From a virus (Duplodnaviria > Caudoviricetes), in the IMG/VR virus record IMGVR_UViG_3300017752_004703, positions 1 to 60,927 of that record: DNA of 60,927 bases. One strand, given 5' to 3'. The notes under the pieces are model-generated. The model was not told where the DNA came from. It saw only the letters and a program-made list of their open reading frames with translations, and searched no databases. Numbering within the stretch: position 1 is the first letter of the stretch; the number at the start of each line of letters is the position of its first letter. Shown in pieces: positions 30,421 through 41,400 of the stretch. The position numbers and the translations under genes are program-made.

Positions 30421-30645
30421 ATGACAAATACAAAACAAAACAAAATCATGAAGGCAATCCGTAACAGCAAAGGTCGTTTCTTCGGTCTTTATACTAAAGC
30501 TGGAGAGGCTCTGAATGCTCAGTTTGTGGCAGAGAGTCCTCAGTATGTGACTGTCTATGATCGTAATGCAAAAAGCAAGCGTAAGTTTGCTAAAACCAGC
30601 TTGAATGGTCTTCGATTGCAAGGCTCTAAAATTGGATCAGTATAG
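30421..30645 (+). CDS. Small basic hypothetical protein (74 aa)
   Basis: Has its own promoter and terminator; short beta-rich sequence. Confidence 0.75.
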   Translation: MTNTKQNKIMKAIRNSKGRFFGLYTKAGEALNAQFVAESPQYVTVYDRNAKSKRKFAKTSLNGLRLQGSKIGSV

Positions 30646-30674
30646 GTTGCTGTTTTTTAAACCTCGAACCAAAG

Positions 30675-30701
30675 ACCTAGGTAGAAATACCTAGGTTTTT
30701 T
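30675..30701 (+). terminator. Intrinsic terminator
   Basis: ACCTAGGTA-GAAA-TACCTAGGT followed by a T run. Confidence 0.8.
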
Positions 30702-30716
30702 ATTATAATAACAGAG

Positions 30717-31790
30717 ATGATACCTAAGGAATTCTATAATAACGGTCTTTTTTGCTCGGAAATAGACAACTATATGACTGACGATAGTAATTTATTTTAT
30801 GTGCTAGCGTCTCAGCTTTTTGAAAAAGAAAAAATAAAAGAATCTATAGTAGATATAAAGCCCAACATAGCAAATTTAGACTTCGATTCCTTTGATGTAT
30901 TTACAAAAGATCATTGTTATACCATCAACGTTTCCTTTGATGATAAAAATTTCTTCTTAAATAATGAGTCTGACTTTTTAAAAAACAATAAGCACGATAT
31001 TTTACCAGAATATGTTGGTTCTGGAATACACAAAATAGGTGAAAATTTAAGCTACTTAATATATAAAAACGACAAGGGTATTTCAATACATGATGTTGGG
31101 GTTTCTTTTATTTTTCTATCAAGGGTTAGGCTTATTGAGTGCTTGCAGTTCTTAAAACCCTTTAATGGCAGTATTTCTTTTGCAGACTATTCTGAGTTTA
31201 TATTTAAACACTTTGATATAAGCGACTCTATACCAGAGATAGCTGAAACTAGTATATATAAAATCCATAAAAAAGAAGATATAGAAAAAATAACTAAACC
31301 AATTAAAGATTACTTTTATTCATCTTTAGATATGGATGTTTTTAAAAGTGACGATTTTTGTCACGGAAACTTAAATATTGATAACATATCCACTAACGGT
31401 GAACTTTTTAAGTTCCACGATTTTCACTGCGGTTTTTCTGGTAATAGGTTTCTTGATTTATGCTTTATGTCTTTGAATTTTTCGTATGATAATTATATGT
31501 TTATTTCTTTAATGAAAGACTATTGTAAAGTAAATAATTTAGACTACGAGAAATCCAAACCCATCTTCAGGTCTTGTTTACTTGCCGCTTGTTGTGTTTT
31601 TATGTATAAAAAGCTAAACGAACTATTGATAGAGCAGTGCTTATTTGAGAACAAAAGAGAGGACAAGATAACCTCTATACTTTACAGCTTCGACAAAGCT
31701 CAATGGTGCTTTAAGAGACTGCCTTTTTATGACTCAATAAGAAAAAACTTTGAAAAGATTTATCAAAGCCCGTCGATGATTTTAGACTAA
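30717..31790 (+). CDS. APH/choline kinase-fold protein, possibly inactive
   Basis: FCHGNLNIDNI...FHDF is a Brenner-like motif with HGN in place of HGD. Confidence 0.6.
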   Translation: MIPKEFYNNGLFCSEIDNYMTDDSNLFYVLASQLFEKEKIKESIVDIKPNIANLDFDSFDVFTKDHCYTINVSFDDKNFFLNNESDFLKNNKHDILPEYVGSGIHKIGENLSYLIYKNDKGISIHDVGVSFIFLSRVRLIECLQFLKPFNGSISFADYSEFIFKHFDISDSIPEIAETSIYKIHKKEDIEKITKPIKDYFYSSLDMDVFKSDDFCHGNLNIDNISTNGELFKFHDFHCGFSGNRFLDLCFMSLNFSYDNYMFISLMKDYCKVNNLDYEKSKPIFRSCLLAACCVFMYKKLNELLIEQCLFENKREDKITSILYSFDKAQWCFKRLPFYDSIRKNFEKIYQSPSMILD

Positions 31791-31845
31791 ACAAATAATT
31801 AGAAAAAACCACCTATTAACTTAGTATAATCTAAAACATAACAAC

Positions 31846-32304
31846 ATGCAATTTTACAAACCAAACTCTCAGAATACAGGAACAGCATTTGGATTCAGAA
31901 TTGGAACACAAGGCAAAACAGATAAGCCTTGTCTTTATATGACTGCGGTCAAACAGTTTTCTTGGGACGCTAGTAAAAGGAGTGGCTCCTTTTCAGGAAA
32001 TGCCAAGAATCCAGATAAATGTGCTATAGTTAAATTTAATGAGTTTGAGATTGGTGGGTTTATTTACGCTATAGAAAACTATGATAAGTTTAGTGCTTTC
32101 CATAGTTTTGATGATAACAAAACAGGGATATCATTAAACCCTTACTCTAAAAAAGATGGTACTAAAGCTTACTCTTTTACTGTGACAAGAAACTCTTCCA
32201 ATAAATTTGGCATGGGTGTTGAAATGTCAGAAGCTTACGCTCTATCTCAATACTTTAAATATGTTCTAAATGAAATATTTAAGTTCAACCCTATTTCAAA
32301 ATAA
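31846..32304 (+). CDS. Putative Whirly/PC4-like ssDNA-binding protein
   Basis: Two repeats of a beta-sheet plus helix, with helices beginning FEIGGFI and SEAYALSQYF; fold inferred by pattern. Confidence 0.5.
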   Translation: MQFYKPNSQNTGTAFGFRIGTQGKTDKPCLYMTAVKQFSWDASKRSGSFSGNAKNPDKCAIVKFNEFEIGGFIYAIENYDKFSAFHSFDDNKTGISLNPYSKKDGTKAYSFTVTRNSSNKFGMGVEMSEAYALSQYFKYVLNEIFKFNPISK

Positions 32305-34163
32305 TGGAAAAGAAAAAAACCATATTGATCCACTCAAATTTTTGCAAAGCATTTACGGGCTTTGGCAAAAATAGTAAAAATATTTTAAAGTATCTTTATA
32401 AAACTGGTAAATATAACATTGTCGAAGCGGCTAACATGAAGAAGGTAGGAGATCCTTCCTTGCAAAAACTACCGTGGAAATGTTTTGGTACTATCCCTAA
32501 CAATGTAGAGGGTCTTCCAGAGGAAAGCAAGCGAGCAGCTGGCTATGGAGGCTTAGAGATAGACAGCATCATCCAAGAGGTCAGACCAGATATTTATCTG
32601 GGGGTAGAAGACATATGGGCTTTTACAGATTTCAACAAAAAACCCTGGTGGGGTAAAGTAACGCCGATGATTTGGACGACGCTGGACAGCTTGCCTATTT
32701 TACCTCAGGCTGTTGATTTTGCGCCCAAACTAAAACACTACTATGTATGGTCTTCTTTTGCGGAAAAAGCTTTTAAGGAATTAGGTTATGATAATGTAAA
32801 GACTCTCAGGGGTTCTCTTGATACTGATACCTTCTTTAGACTTGATAAAGAACGCAGGTCTACATTAAGAAATCAAAACTCAATACAAGATGACGACTTT
32901 ATTATTGGTTTTGTTTTTAGGAATCAGCTAAGAAAATCTGTACCTAATCTTCTGGATGGATTTAAACTTTTTAAAGAAGAAAATAAAAATGCCAAACTTC
33001 TTTTGCATACTAATTGGCTTGAAGGCTGGGACATTACTAGGTTAATTGAAGAAAAAGGCATACTCAACAACGACATCTTAACAACATATTACTGCCCTTC
33101 CTGTAGAGGCTATGAGGTAAAACCTTTTGCTGAAGGCAAGCAAAGATGCAAGCATTGCGGGGAACAAGAGTCAGAAACTACGAGTGTTTCAAAAGGTGTC
33201 TCTGAATCGCAGTTAAATGAAATATATAATTTAATGGATGTTTATTGCCACCCGTTTACTAGCGGGGGTCAAGAAATACCAGTTCAAGAGGCAAAGTTGA
33301 CAGAACTTATAACTTTGGTTACAGACTATTCCTGTGGCGAAGACAGCTGTTCGGAAGAGAGTGGAGGTCTACCCCTAAGTTGGCACGAATACAGGGAACC
33401 TGGTACTCAGTTTATCAAAGCTTCTACTGATGCTGATAGTATAAAGGAAATGCTAGATACTGTTTATAATATGCCTGTCGAAGAAAAAGAGAAGCAACAA
33501 AAAAAGTCTAGGCAATGGGTTATAGATAATTTTTCTGTTGATGTTATTGGTAAAAAGCTAGAAGATATATTTGATTCTATACCTTACTTAGAAGAATCTG
33601 AAGACATTAAAAACTTTCAATACAACGAGTTTTACGAAATGCCTGAAGGTTTATCTAACAAAGAAATAATTATAGATCTTTATAAAAACATTTTAAACGA
33701 CGATGTAGACGAAAGAAATAAAGGCTACAAGATGTGGTATTCAAAATTAATGTATGGCCAAGTAGATCAGAACAGTCTATACCATCATTTTATTAATGTA
33801 GCTAAAAAAGAAAACTTAAAAAAACCTATATCTTTTGAAGACATGCTGTCTAAAGATGACGAAGGCAAAAGAATAGCTATTGTTGCTCCAGGCTCCGCTA
33901 CTGACTTGTTACTTATTAATTCTTTGATTAAAAACCTTCAGAAAAAACATGAAGGACATAATATATACGTGTTCACTAAACCTGAGTTTTTTGAATATGT
34001 AGAGGACAACACTTATATTTACAAGTGCTTGCCTTATTCTAACGTTTTAGATAACCCTATATCTTTAGAGGGTTTTGGTGAGCACAAAGGTTTTTTCGAG
34101 GCGGCTTACTATCCATGCTCTACTACTCAAAACATACCTTGTTACATTCACAACGGAAAATAA
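32304..34163 (+). CDS. GT4-like glycosyltransferase with zinc-finger insert and C-terminal GT9-like half domain
   Basis: TGFG, RNQLRKS, CPSC..CKHC, SGGQEIPVQEAKL, then KRIAIVAPGSATDLLLINSLIKNL. Confidence 0.8.
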   Translation: MEKKKTILIHSNFCKAFTGFGKNSKNILKYLYKTGKYNIVEAANMKKVGDPSLQKLPWKCFGTIPNNVEGLPEESKRAAGYGGLEIDSIIQEVRPDIYLGVEDIWAFTDFNKKPWWGKVTPMIWTTLDSLPILPQAVDFAPKLKHYYVWSSFAEKAFKELGYDNVKTLRGSLDTDTFFRLDKERRSTLRNQNSIQDDDFIIGFVFRNQLRKSVPNLLDGFKLFKEENKNAKLLLHTNWLEGWDITRLIEEKGILNNDILTTYYCPSCRGYEVKPFAEGKQRCKHCGEQESETTSVSKGVSESQLNEIYNLMDVYCHPFTSGGQEIPVQEAKLTELITLVTDYSCGEDSCSEESGGLPLSWHEYREPGTQFIKASTDADSIKEMLDTVYNMPVEEKEKQQKKSRQWVIDNFSVDVIGKKLEDIFDSIPYLEESEDIKNFQYNEFYEMPEGLSNKEIIIDLYKNILNDDVDERNKGYKMWYSKLMYGQVDQNSLYHHFINVAKKENLKKPISFEDMLSKDDEGKRIAIVAPGSATDLLLINSLIKNLQKKHEGHNIYVFTKPEFFEYVEDNTYIYKCLPYSNVLDNPISLEGFGEHKGFFEAAYYPCSTTQNIPCYIHNGK

Positions 34164-34164
34164 A

Positions 34165-35325
34165 ATGCCACACCTATTAAAAGAATACTCTAAAAATCTT
34201 GGAGTCCAACCAGTAATGCCAATGGTCAACAGGCATTTCTATCCTATTGAACCTGATAAGTATATCGTCTTACATAACGAACAAGATATACAATCAAAGA
34301 ACTATAGTTATTACCAAATAGCTATTAGTTTAATTAAGAACGTTCTAAAGGCAAACGATTACAAGGTCGTGGTTATAGGCTCTTCTAAAAACCTTATAGA
34401 AGGAGCGGATTATTATTATCCTGATTTATCTTTTAGAAAGTACTGTTATATAATTTCTAAATCATCAGCGTTTATATCTGTAGATAATGCATTAACTCAG
34501 TATGCAAGCTCCTGCAAAATACCAGTGGTCAATCTTTATGGTAACATATACCCTTCTATAACCACCCCTTATTGGTCCAATAAAAAAAATAAAATAGACC
34601 TTGCTCCTGAATGGGATAAAAAACCCTGCTTGTCAATTATTGATCCCAAGGAGTCAATCAACAATATTAAGCCAGAAGATGTAGCTTCCTCTATACTTAA
34701 AGCTTTGGGGTTTTCTGAAGAAATCAAAGTAACTTTTAAAACTAAAAAGAAAAACAAAGCAAAGCATTTTCAGGTAGATGTAATTCCTACTAAATATATA
34801 AGATCTCCTTTGTTTGATAAAAACATTTTAAATATAAGGCTGGACGAAGGAGTGATGAATGAAGAAGCTCTGTTTCATTATTGCACAAATCACATTTGTA
34901 ATATAGTAACTAAAAACTCTTTGTTGGATATAAAGTCACTGCAAAGAATTTCTAAAAATGTAAAAAGAATAATCTTTAAAGCTTCGGAAGTCCCAGCAAA
35001 AATACCTGATATATACTTTGAAGCCCTTAAAAAGCTAGGTATAGATTTCATGTTTTTAGTAGTCAACGAAGATATACTTGACGAAATGAGGCTTGAGTAT
35101 TTTGACCAAGAAGTTGAGTTTGTACAATCAATAAAAGAAAAACCGTCTGATTTAAACATTTCTGATAAATTTATTTCTTTTAAAACCATCATTGATGGAG
35201 AAAAGTCTTATAAATCTATAGCTCATTGGAAAAAAAACCTTGACTCAGACAACAATATAATCGATAATGCTGATTACTGGGAAGAATTAGATTACTTTTA
35301 TATTTATGAGCAAGAAAACAACTAA
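34165..35325 (+). CDS. GT9-like C-terminal Rossmann domain plus unknown domain
   Basis: YIVLH..KNY, VVVIG and FISVDNALTQYASSCKIPVVNLYG; start likely ATG 34165. Confidence 0.65.
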   Translation: MPHLLKEYSKNLGVQPVMPMVNRHFYPIEPDKYIVLHNEQDIQSKNYSYYQIAISLIKNVLKANDYKVVVIGSSKNLIEGADYYYPDLSFRKYCYIISKSSAFISVDNALTQYASSCKIPVVNLYGNIYPSITTPYWSNKKNKIDLAPEWDKKPCLSIIDPKESINNIKPEDVASSILKALGFSEEIKVTFKTKKKNKAKHFQVDVIPTKYIRSPLFDKNILNIRLDEGVMNEEALFHYCTNHICNIVTKNSLLDIKSLQRISKNVKRIIFKASEVPAKIPDIYFEALKKLGIDFMFLVVNEDILDEMRLEYFDQEVEFVQSIKEKPSDLNISDKFISFKTIIDGEKSYKSIAHWKKNLDSDNNIIDNADYWEELDYFYIYEQENN

Positions 35326-36130
35326 AACAAAAGTCGCAAAAAAAACAACAACCAAGAGAGCCCCAAAAGCAAAAAAGCTTTTCGGTCCAGATCTTTATAA
35401 GAGAGATGAACATGGGCTTCTTGATTGCGTGGACTATATCTTCAATGAAGATGGTTCTGTGAACTGGAGAGCTATGATTAAACCAGAGTTTCTTTATCCG
35501 AATAAAGGATGGTTTGATATGCGGGGTCAACAGGTTCCAAGCTCTACAGAAGGGCTTAGGGACAACCAACTTCTAATTATGCTTGGTGGAATTAAGGACC
35601 TTGCTAAATTGAGGGGTTTCCGTTCTGTAAGATATGATGCGAAAAATATAGAAGAGGGCTATGTTACGGCTTCTTGCGGTATAGAGTGGCTTGGTAATTA
35701 TGAATCCTCTAATAACAATATCTACTACGAAGACTATGCTAATGCATCTCTAGAAAATACAGATGCTTTTTGTGAGAAATTCTTAGAAACTATTGCTTGT
35801 AATAGAGCTTTCGTTCGTTGTGTAAGAAACTTTCTTAATATTCATATTGTTGGTGCAGATGAGATTGATAAGTCTGGCAATAGATCTTCTCAGGATAAAA
35901 GCTCTGCCCCTGCACAATCATCCAGCAATTCTCCTATAACGCCTTCTGAGCTTCTTGAAAAGACCTTGAGGGACAAACATGGGGTAGACTCCTTTGATTC
36001 GTTCAAGGACAAACTGAGAGACTTCTGGAAGGATGGCAAGTATGTTAACGAAGAGGTTAAAAACTGGAGCTCTTTCAAGGATATTCCTGCTAAAGAGTCC
36101 AGGAAGCTAATCGGAATACTATCAAAATGA
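35306..36130 (+). CDS. Putative single-strand annealing protein (Rad52/Sak/Red-beta superfamily-like)
   Basis: GGIKDLA...ANASLEN...LETIACNRAFVRCVRNFLNIHIVGADEI core, then a low-complexity linker and helical C-terminal domain. Confidence 0.5.
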   Translation: MSKKTTKTKVAKKTTTKRAPKAKKLFGPDLYKRDEHGLLDCVDYIFNEDGSVNWRAMIKPEFLYPNKGWFDMRGQQVPSSTEGLRDNQLLIMLGGIKDLAKLRGFRSVRYDAKNIEEGYVTASCGIEWLGNYESSNNNIYYEDYANASLENTDAFCEKFLETIACNRAFVRCVRNFLNIHIVGADEIDKSGNRSSQDKSSAPAQSSSNSPITPSELLEKTLRDKHGVDSFDSFKDKLRDFWKDGKYVNEEVKNWSSFKDIPAKESRKLIGILSK

Positions 36131-36588
36131 TAGAAAGAATATTTACTGGTTCAAGATTCAAGGTATTAATAGATGAAATCTATTCTTTGTTCGAGGAAGA
36201 GAACAAGAACGAAGCCCATCAATGTGGTCTTCTTCACGACAAAGAATCTATAATCAGGAACCTTGGTCATGAAAGCCTTCTTGAGTGGGACGTATTTGTT
36301 TGGGCTAATAAAAATGAGGAAGGAAAGTACGACGCTATGATAATTTTCACTAATGACAAAAATGTAAAATTCAATAAGTTTATATTTTCTGAGTTTGTTT
36401 GGCTTTCAAAAAACCCTAAAGTTGGTTATGAATTATTAAAAACAGCTGTAGCTTACGCCAGAGAGAGAGGTTTTGAATATATATCTATAAGCAGTGTAGA
36501 GAAAACAGAAAAATCAGAAAGAAATGAAAGATTTTATAAAAAGCTAGGCTTCTTAAAAGATACCACAACATATATATCTAAATTATGA
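36127..36588 (+). CDS. GNAT-family acetyltransferase
   Basis: VGYELLKTAVAYARERGF...ERFYKKLGF. Confidence 0.8.
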   Translation: MIERIFTGSRFKVLIDEIYSLFEEENKNEAHQCGLLHDKESIIRNLGHESLLEWDVFVWANKNEEGKYDAMIIFTNDKNVKFNKFIFSEFVWLSKNPKVGYELLKTAVAYARERGFEYISISSVEKTEKSERNERFYKKLGFLKDTTTYISKL

Positions 36589-36752
36589 ATAAACAAGCAT
36601 CAAAAAGAATAAGAAAAATCATTAATCCACAGGACGAGGTGACAAGAAGGGTATACAGAAGAGCTAAAAAGCAATATGTTAAGGTCCCTAAAGCTCTTAG
36701 GGAGGACTTCTTGAAATCTTTAGACTCTATGATTAATGGTGATTCTAATTAG
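36585..36752 (+). CDS. Small basic hypothetical protein (55 aa), not in ORF track
   Basis: ATGA overlap with the GNAT stop; MNKQASKRIRKIINPQDEVTRRVYRRAKKQYVKVPKALREDFLKSLDSMINGDSN*. Confidence 0.6.
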   Translation: MNKQASKRIRKIINPQDEVTRRVYRRAKKQYVKVPKALREDFLKSLDSMINGDSN

Positions 36753-38416
36753 ATCGATGTTTTGTAGTATTTGAAAATGTCAAATTCATTTCCAGATATA
36801 TTACACAAAAGCATTATACCACTGTCCAAGTAAGACAGCTTAAAATCTACAGAGTCATCTTGAGATTTGTTATCTATTATTTTAAACAGAGGGTAACCAA
36901 AGTTTCCAGGTTCTTGTGAGGTTCCTGTCGGTACTATAGTTATCTTTCTAGATTCTACAGAATAAAAATCCTCCTCTTTTCTAAATTCAAAAGTATAATC
37001 AAAAGTTGTATTTGCCCATTTTCCATTTTTGTCTAATATCATTGAGTTATACTCTGGACTGTCATCAGAATATGATTCATATATAGGCTTTACTATTTCA
37101 GGGTTATCCTTATCAACAAAGATTTTATCTAGTACTCCAGATTCATAGTATAATATTGAGTCTATTTTTTGTTCTCTAAATTTAATACTTGCAGAAGACT
37201 CAGAGCTGTCAATTTTAATTTCTGTAGAAGCAATTATGTTATCTGCAGGTTCAATATATTTATCCAAAGATAAAGGTCCAATCATAAATGGCTCACCTTC
37301 GCCTATAAAAGAATAAGGTATAAATTTTAACCAAGTATTTTGGTTGTATTCCATGCCAAAGTCTTCAGTGTAATTTTCGAGCAATGTTTTTTCTTGGACT
37401 TGATTTATTCTTTTTACAAAGTTAAAACCTTCTAAATCTAAACTGTCTCCTTTGTATTCGTACATGTCGACATGAGAATACTGTGTGTATTCTGGGCTAT
37501 TTAGTAATTCGACTTGTAACTGTATTTCTTGTTCTGGTATTTGCCCAGTAAAATAAGGCAAATTAATTATGCCACTGGTTGTTTTAACTGGTTCTTTTAT
37601 ATGGTCTAGTATATAACCGCTACCCATTTCGTCTGAGTATACTCCAAAAGGGTTACTGAAGTCTTTAGATCCAGATGATATTAAAAACGATCCATTGGGG
37701 CTGTAGTCCATTACAACCAATGACCAAGAGCCTTGATTAGAGAAACCTGAGAATTCTGAAGAAAAATTATCGTAGCTTACGTATCCAGATAATTCATTAG
37801 GGTTAAATTCCCATGTTAAAAACCCTTCCCAAGGATAATAAGATCCTTCGTGCAACACTTCTCCAGATGTAATGTATTTAGATACAGTTTGAAAACCATC
37901 GGATTTATACATTTTTCCAGTATATAAATATCCAGATGGCTGAAGATTGCCACTAAAAAACACACCCAAAGATTCATCGTAGTCTGACGATCCTTTACTG
38001 TCTACTGCTTTTATTCCGCTTATTTCTAAGTTATTGGCATACAGAGATATATATCCAGAGGGTGTATAAACACTTGTTTCATCTATAACTGTCCCTATAA
38101 CTCCGAAATCTTTTTTATAGCTTCCAAAGATTGATTCATTATTTTTTTCAGTAAATAACAGCTTATTGTTTTGACCGCTTTGGAAATTTTTTTCTACTAT
38201 GTTCCCATTCTCATCTGTTATATCAAATACTACTCCGTCACAGAAACGGCTTTGTTGTATATTTTCTTTGTTAAACAAAATATCCCCATTTCTGTCCCTT
38301 ATATTAAAGGTTACTTCAACATCTCTTTTTTTATGAATTCCACTTCCAGATCCTAAAGTAGTTAAATCTTGAGAGTCGTAGGTGAAATTTGATTCAAATT
38401 CTTTTATGTCTTTCAT
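36749..38416 (-). CDS. Putative tail/structural protein downstream of gpJ
   Basis: Operon position; acidic, beta-rich and SG-rich sequence. Confidence 0.6.
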   Translation of the reverse strand: MKDIKEFESNFTYDSQDLTTLGSGSGIHKKRDVEVTFNIRDRNGDILFNKENIQQSRFCDGVVFDITDENGNIVEKNFQSGQNNKLLFTEKNNESIFGSYKKDFGVIGTVIDETSVYTPSGYISLYANNLEISGIKAVDSKGSSDYDESLGVFFSGNLQPSGYLYTGKMYKSDGFQTVSKYITSGEVLHEGSYYPWEGFLTWEFNPNELSGYVSYDNFSSEFSGFSNQGSWSLVVMDYSPNGSFLISSGSKDFSNPFGVYSDEMGSGYILDHIKEPVKTTSGIINLPYFTGQIPEQEIQLQVELLNSPEYTQYSHVDMYEYKGDSLDLEGFNFVKRINQVQEKTLLENYTEDFGMEYNQNTWLKFIPYSFIGEGEPFMIGPLSLDKYIEPADNIIASTEIKIDSSESSASIKFREQKIDSILYYESGVLDKIFVDKDNPEIVKPIYESYSDDSPEYNSMILDKNGKWANTTFDYTFEFRKEEDFYSVESRKITIVPTGTSQEPGNFGYPLFKIIDNKSQDDSVDFKLSYLDSGIMLLCNISGNEFDIFKYYKTSI

Positions 38417-38420
38417 TAAA

Positions 38421-41400
38421 TTAATTTATTGTTATTCCATCTAAAACAGCACCATCTATTACGGTGTCTTCTTCAAGAGAGTCTATATTTAAGTTTGTAT
38501 AATATATAGGAGAATCTAAATAATGGCTATAAAAATCATCGTTGTCATACTCAGCCCCAAGCGCTTGTAGGGACAACCTATACTGTCCATTAGCGGTTAT
38601 TTCTTCAAAATCGAAAGTGCTATCTTGTGTATCGTAATATGAATATTCTAGTTCGAACGCAGGTCTAATACCTAATCTATATCCAGTTGCGTTCTTAACA
38701 TTTCTCCAGTCACCTTCTATAGTTATAGTTGTGTTGCCTCCAAGAACTTGTATATTTCTAGCTGTCCATGATACCTTGTCTGGCATAGGTAATGTAAAAT
38801 ATTTAGATTCGTCTACTTCATAATCGCTTGCGTAAGGATCAACATAAACGCTTTGATCTGCATAGTTTGTTTCTTCTATTTCTCTGTACTTGCCGCTTTT
38901 ATACTGAGAGGCTATGACTTGATATGAATGAGAATCCTCTTCCTCAATAGAAGATACTTTGTAAACCCTGTCTACTGTATTTTTTCTTTTAAATCTGTAT
39001 ATAGACCCTTTAGGAATCAATGGTAAAAATATTGAGCTTTCGTCGTTTTGGTCTGCATACAACGTGTAGCCGATACTGTAGTCATCAGCGGCTTGTCCAG
39101 AAGCTATCTTTATATCTTTTATTTGTCTTGTCTCATTTATTTTTATATCAGCATCTATTATTGCCCCTTTTGTTTCCCTGAGGTCAAACCATGAATCGCT
39201 TAAATTGAAGGACTCTGTATCTCTCCCGTCTCCACCTGTTTTAAACTTGTACCAAGGATAATTAAGTTCACTATTGTCAAAATCGGCGAAGTCTTCCACC
39301 CATTCTCCATCTGTTTCGCCGCTGGTGGCTGATATGTATTTATCATAAGTGGGATTATGCGTAAAAGCTTGCCCTGTAGAGAATACCCAACCAGTGTATT
39401 GAGTAGAATACCAAAGGAAGTGTTTTGTTGATCCTAGTTCCCCTGTGTAAAAAGCGTATTCATCTTTTAATACTTTTGTTGATAAGCCTTGAAGCTTTTG
39501 TTCTCTAAATCCTTCTTTATAAGAATCAAATGCATATTCACCTGTCAACCCTTTATTTTTAAAGTTTGAATACTCATTATTTATTTTAAAGAAGTCGTGT
39601 CTTGATCTATCTTGCAATAATATTTCTTCGATATCTTCTATCTGCTGTGAACCAGTTGGGATATAAACAGTCAAATAACCTTCAAAGTTTTCCTCATCGT
39701 AAACATCAGATATTCTTATTGTTTTATCTTCGTTGTTTACCTCTAAAACTCTACCGAAATTGCTTGTTAGCGTTTTAAGTTCATCTTCAATGATAACTAA
39801 ATCTCCAGGTCTTACAAGTATTCCTTCTAGTCCTGTCGAAAACGAAACGTTTTCGTTTTCTTGGGTGGCTTGGTAAAGAAGATGACTTCCATACCTCCTA
39901 GCTTGCGCTCTGTTGGTAACACCAAAAGCATCTATTTTTGTTTTTATTATACCTCTTTCTCTTATATCTTTTTCGTTTTCCAGATATTCAAATTTGGGTT
40001 CGTAGTCATCGTCGGCGTCGATATAAGAAACTTCTACGGCGTTATATTGTTCGTCCTTTAAAAGAGAAGAGTAATTAAAAACGCCTTCTACGACATTACT
40101 ATTGTTAAAAACCATCACTGGTTCTTTTATTCTGTCGTCAGAGAAAGAAACTACTGAATCAGCAAAATAAAACAATCCTTTAAAGTTGCTTGCTATAAGG
40201 TTTAAAGCGTCAAATACTTTTATCTCTCTTTCGAATAAGGTATTACAAGAGTATCTTGGTTGCCTTCCTCCTTTAGGAGAATCAGCCTGAACTATGTTGT
40301 CAGAGACTCCTTCAAAATATCCGTTAACATCGACAGCATCACAGAATCTTGCGATTTTATATAGTTGCCATTTATTTACTTGGTTTTCTTCTATTAAATC
40401 GCCTAAACCTATTTGGTAGTCAGTTAAAAGATCGTAGAGTATCCATGCTGGATTGTCTGACCAACCCAATTTAAAGGTCCCGTCCCAATCCCCATCGTAA
40501 ACTCTTGTTTCCTCTGATTTGCCAGCTGCTTCTAGATCAGTAGCGTTAAGCCAATACCTTTTATCTGTTCCTCCTGGATTTAAAGGGTTGTAATTAGAAG
40601 GAATTTTGATCTTTTTCATTCTAACATCGTATGACCTTGATGGTATTTCTCCGAAAGTTCTCGAATCTACTTTCGTTCCCACTAGAGCAGAGAAAGGATA
40701 ATTCAAGGATCTGGGTACAATTTCAGTAACTTTGCCGAGGTTTACTGTTTTTGATATAAGTGTAGAGTTAGACTCTGTAGATAGTTTGGTTACTCTTACA
40801 TATCTCTCTTTGTAAATTTGTTCAAATCCATATTCTCCTTTACTTACTTCAGGGTCTGGTAATTCAAATGGTTGAACAACAGATCCGCTATACTCAGATT
40901 CAGGACCTGTACTATCTTTGTATAATTGCGTTACATAGCTCAATTGCGATGAGTTATTCATGTTGTCTGGATTACCTATGTCTACTGCCGCTCCTCCTTC
41001 AATCAAAGATATAATTCTAAAAAAACGATCATACACTTTTATAAATTGACCTTTCGTAGTGGAGTTTTGTGGAGATATATAACCAACTTCCACTCTAAAG
41101 TTAACTATAGTAGGAAGCTTAGAGCCTACAACTTTACTTTTGTCCCAGTTTTTTTCGTCAACATGTAAAGTATCCCATAGACCTTCTACATTTAAAGTTA
41201 TATAACAGGATTCAACGTTTGGATTGTAAATAACGTGGGTTATTGGCTGCGCTTTTTCGTTGTAATCTTGTTTGAAACTATTCCATTCTGAAAAATCGAA
41301 ACTTCTAAATCCAAGGTGTTGGGGTGTGGAAGGACGTTTATCACTACTTCCTTCTTCGACGGATACAAGCCAATCTTCTTTTCCAGTCTCTAAATTAATT

